Source: Chthoniobacteraceae bacterium (GTDB lineage: Bacteria; Verrucomicrobiota; Verrucomicrobiia; Chthoniobacterales; Chthoniobacteraceae). Taken from it: 38,282 nucleotides of DNA. The notes beneath the pieces are model-generated. The model saw only the letters and a list, made by a program, of their open reading frames with translations. It was not told the DNA's origin and did not search any database. The stretch is from assembly GCA_044370935.1 (NCBI GenBank), contig JBILUQ010000001.1, forward strand, positions 1-38,282, in the 5' to 3' direction. Shown in pieces: positions 37,348 to 38,282 of the stretch. Within the stretch, counting starts at the first letter, position 1; the number at the start of each line of letters is the position of its first letter. Position numbers and translations under genes: made by a program.

Positions 37348-38282
37348 ACCCCGATTTCCCCCCTTTAAGTCGGAAGAAATTCCTCATGCAATCCTGCGGC
37401 GGCATCGGTGGCGTGGCCTTGTCCAACCTCCTTGGCCTTGAGGGGCTGCTGGGCGCCTCTGATGAAGCGGGAACGCTTCGCACCCATCACAAGCCACGCG
37501 CAAAAAACTGCATCTACATTTACCTGGAGGGCGGCCCCAGCCAGATGGATCTTTACGATCCCAAACCGATGCTCAACCAACTTGACGGCCAGTCGCTGCC
37601 CGAGTCGATGCTCAAAAACATGCGCTTTGCTTTCCTCGCGAAGGAATCCGCCCGCATCATGGGTACGCCGCGCACCTTCCGTCGGCACGGGCAGTGCGGG
37701 ATGGAGCTTTCCGATCTGCTGCCTCACATTGGCTCGATCGCTGACGACATCTGTTTGGTGCGCTCGATGCACACCGACCAGTTTAATCACGTGCCCGGCC
37801 AGTTGCTCATGAACACCGGCTCCGCGATCTCAGGCCGGCCCAGCGTGGGCTCTTGGCTTTCATACGGACTTGGCAGCGAAAATCGAAACCTCCCCGAGTT
37901 CGTAGTACTGATCTGTGTGGGCCGAGGCGTGCCTGGTGGCTCCGCCAGTTGGTCCAGCGGGTTTCTGCCCTCCAAGTATTCCGGCGTGATGTTCCGCAAC
38001 GAAGGCTCTCCAGTTCTCAACCTCGACAACCCCGGGGCCGTCAGCCGCGAAATGCAGGAACTCAATATCCGCGGTGTCAACCAGCTAAACACTCTGCGAC
38101 ACGCTCGCGTTCGCGATCCCGAGATCGAGAGCCGCATTGCCGCATACGAACTCGCCTTCCGCATGCAGACCGCAGCACCGGAGCTGATGGACCTCTCCGG
38201 CGAATCCCAAGCCACCCTTGACTTGTACGGAATCAACCGTAACGAGCCCGCGATCGAGGGTGGCAACACTCTCGGTGGCACA
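37344..38282 (+). CDS. DUF1501 (sulfatase/alkaline-phosphatase-superfamily-like) protein with Tat signal, 3'-truncated by the window edge
   Basis: It is not in the ORF track because it runs off the window. ATG 37344 overlaps the upstream stop (ATGA). My translation reads MNPDFPPLSRKKFLMQSCGG...CIYIYLEGGPSQMDLYDPKP...VRSMHTDQFNHVPGQ...GSWLSYGLGSEN...SSGFLPS, the typical DUF1501 pattern. Confidence 0.85.
   Translation, partial: MNPDFPPLSRKKFLMQSCGGIGGVALSNLLGLEGLLGASDEAGTLRTHHKPRAKNCIYIYLEGGPSQMDLYDPKPMLNQLDGQSLPESMLKNMRFAFLAKESARIMGTPRTFRRHGQCGMELSDLLPHIGSIADDICLVRSMHTDQFNHVPGQLLMNTGSAISGRPSVGSWLSYGLGSENRNLPEFVVLICVGRGVPGGSASWSSGFLPSKYSGVMFRNEGSPVLNLDNPGAVSREMQELNIRGVNQLNTLRHARVRDPEIESRIAAYELAFRMQTAAPELMDLSGESQATLDLYGINRNEPAIEGGNTLGGT

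Overview
The window is a moderately GC-rich, gene-dense chromosomal segment. Gene content points to the PVC superphylum, most likely Verrucomicrobiota or Planctomycetota. The pointers are a PSCyt/DUF1549/DUF1553 giant protein coupled to a DUF1501 protein, several Tat-signal TIM-barrel enzymes, PQQ-like and Kelch-like beta-propellers, and an FGE-sulfatase-domain protein.

Most of the window is housekeeping:
- hemB, hisI, trpE and trpG on the + strand
- exbB-exbD-exbD on the - strand
- ftsH
- pstA-pstB-phoU on the - strand
- a four-gene envelope-polysaccharide cluster at 28.6-32.8 kb on the - strand

Reading by eye, I found no rRNA, tRNA, CRISPR array, transposase, integrase or prophage gene. 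I did not find an unambiguous new system.

The best candidates for a second look are:
1. A 1221-aa fusion of a TerB-like domain, three FHA-like modules, an ABCG-type ATPase and an ABC-2 permease with a large coiled-coil loop (16752-20417).
2. The ATGA-coupled PSCyt/DUF1549/DUF1553 and DUF1501 pair, whose function is unknown (34375-38282).
3. An octamer repeat with G-quadruplex potential inside the polysaccharide operon (30298-30348).
4. A small lower-GC islet at 12.2-14.4 kb. It holds a decayed HEAT-repeat gene with an in-frame stop, an orphan secreted protein and a divergent XRE regulator.
5. Anomalies around the pst genes: pstS and pstC are not adjacent, pstB has no canonical start codon where homology begins, and a Pho-box-like direct repeat lies upstream.

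All functional calls rest on motif recognition in the supplied translations. No database search was run.
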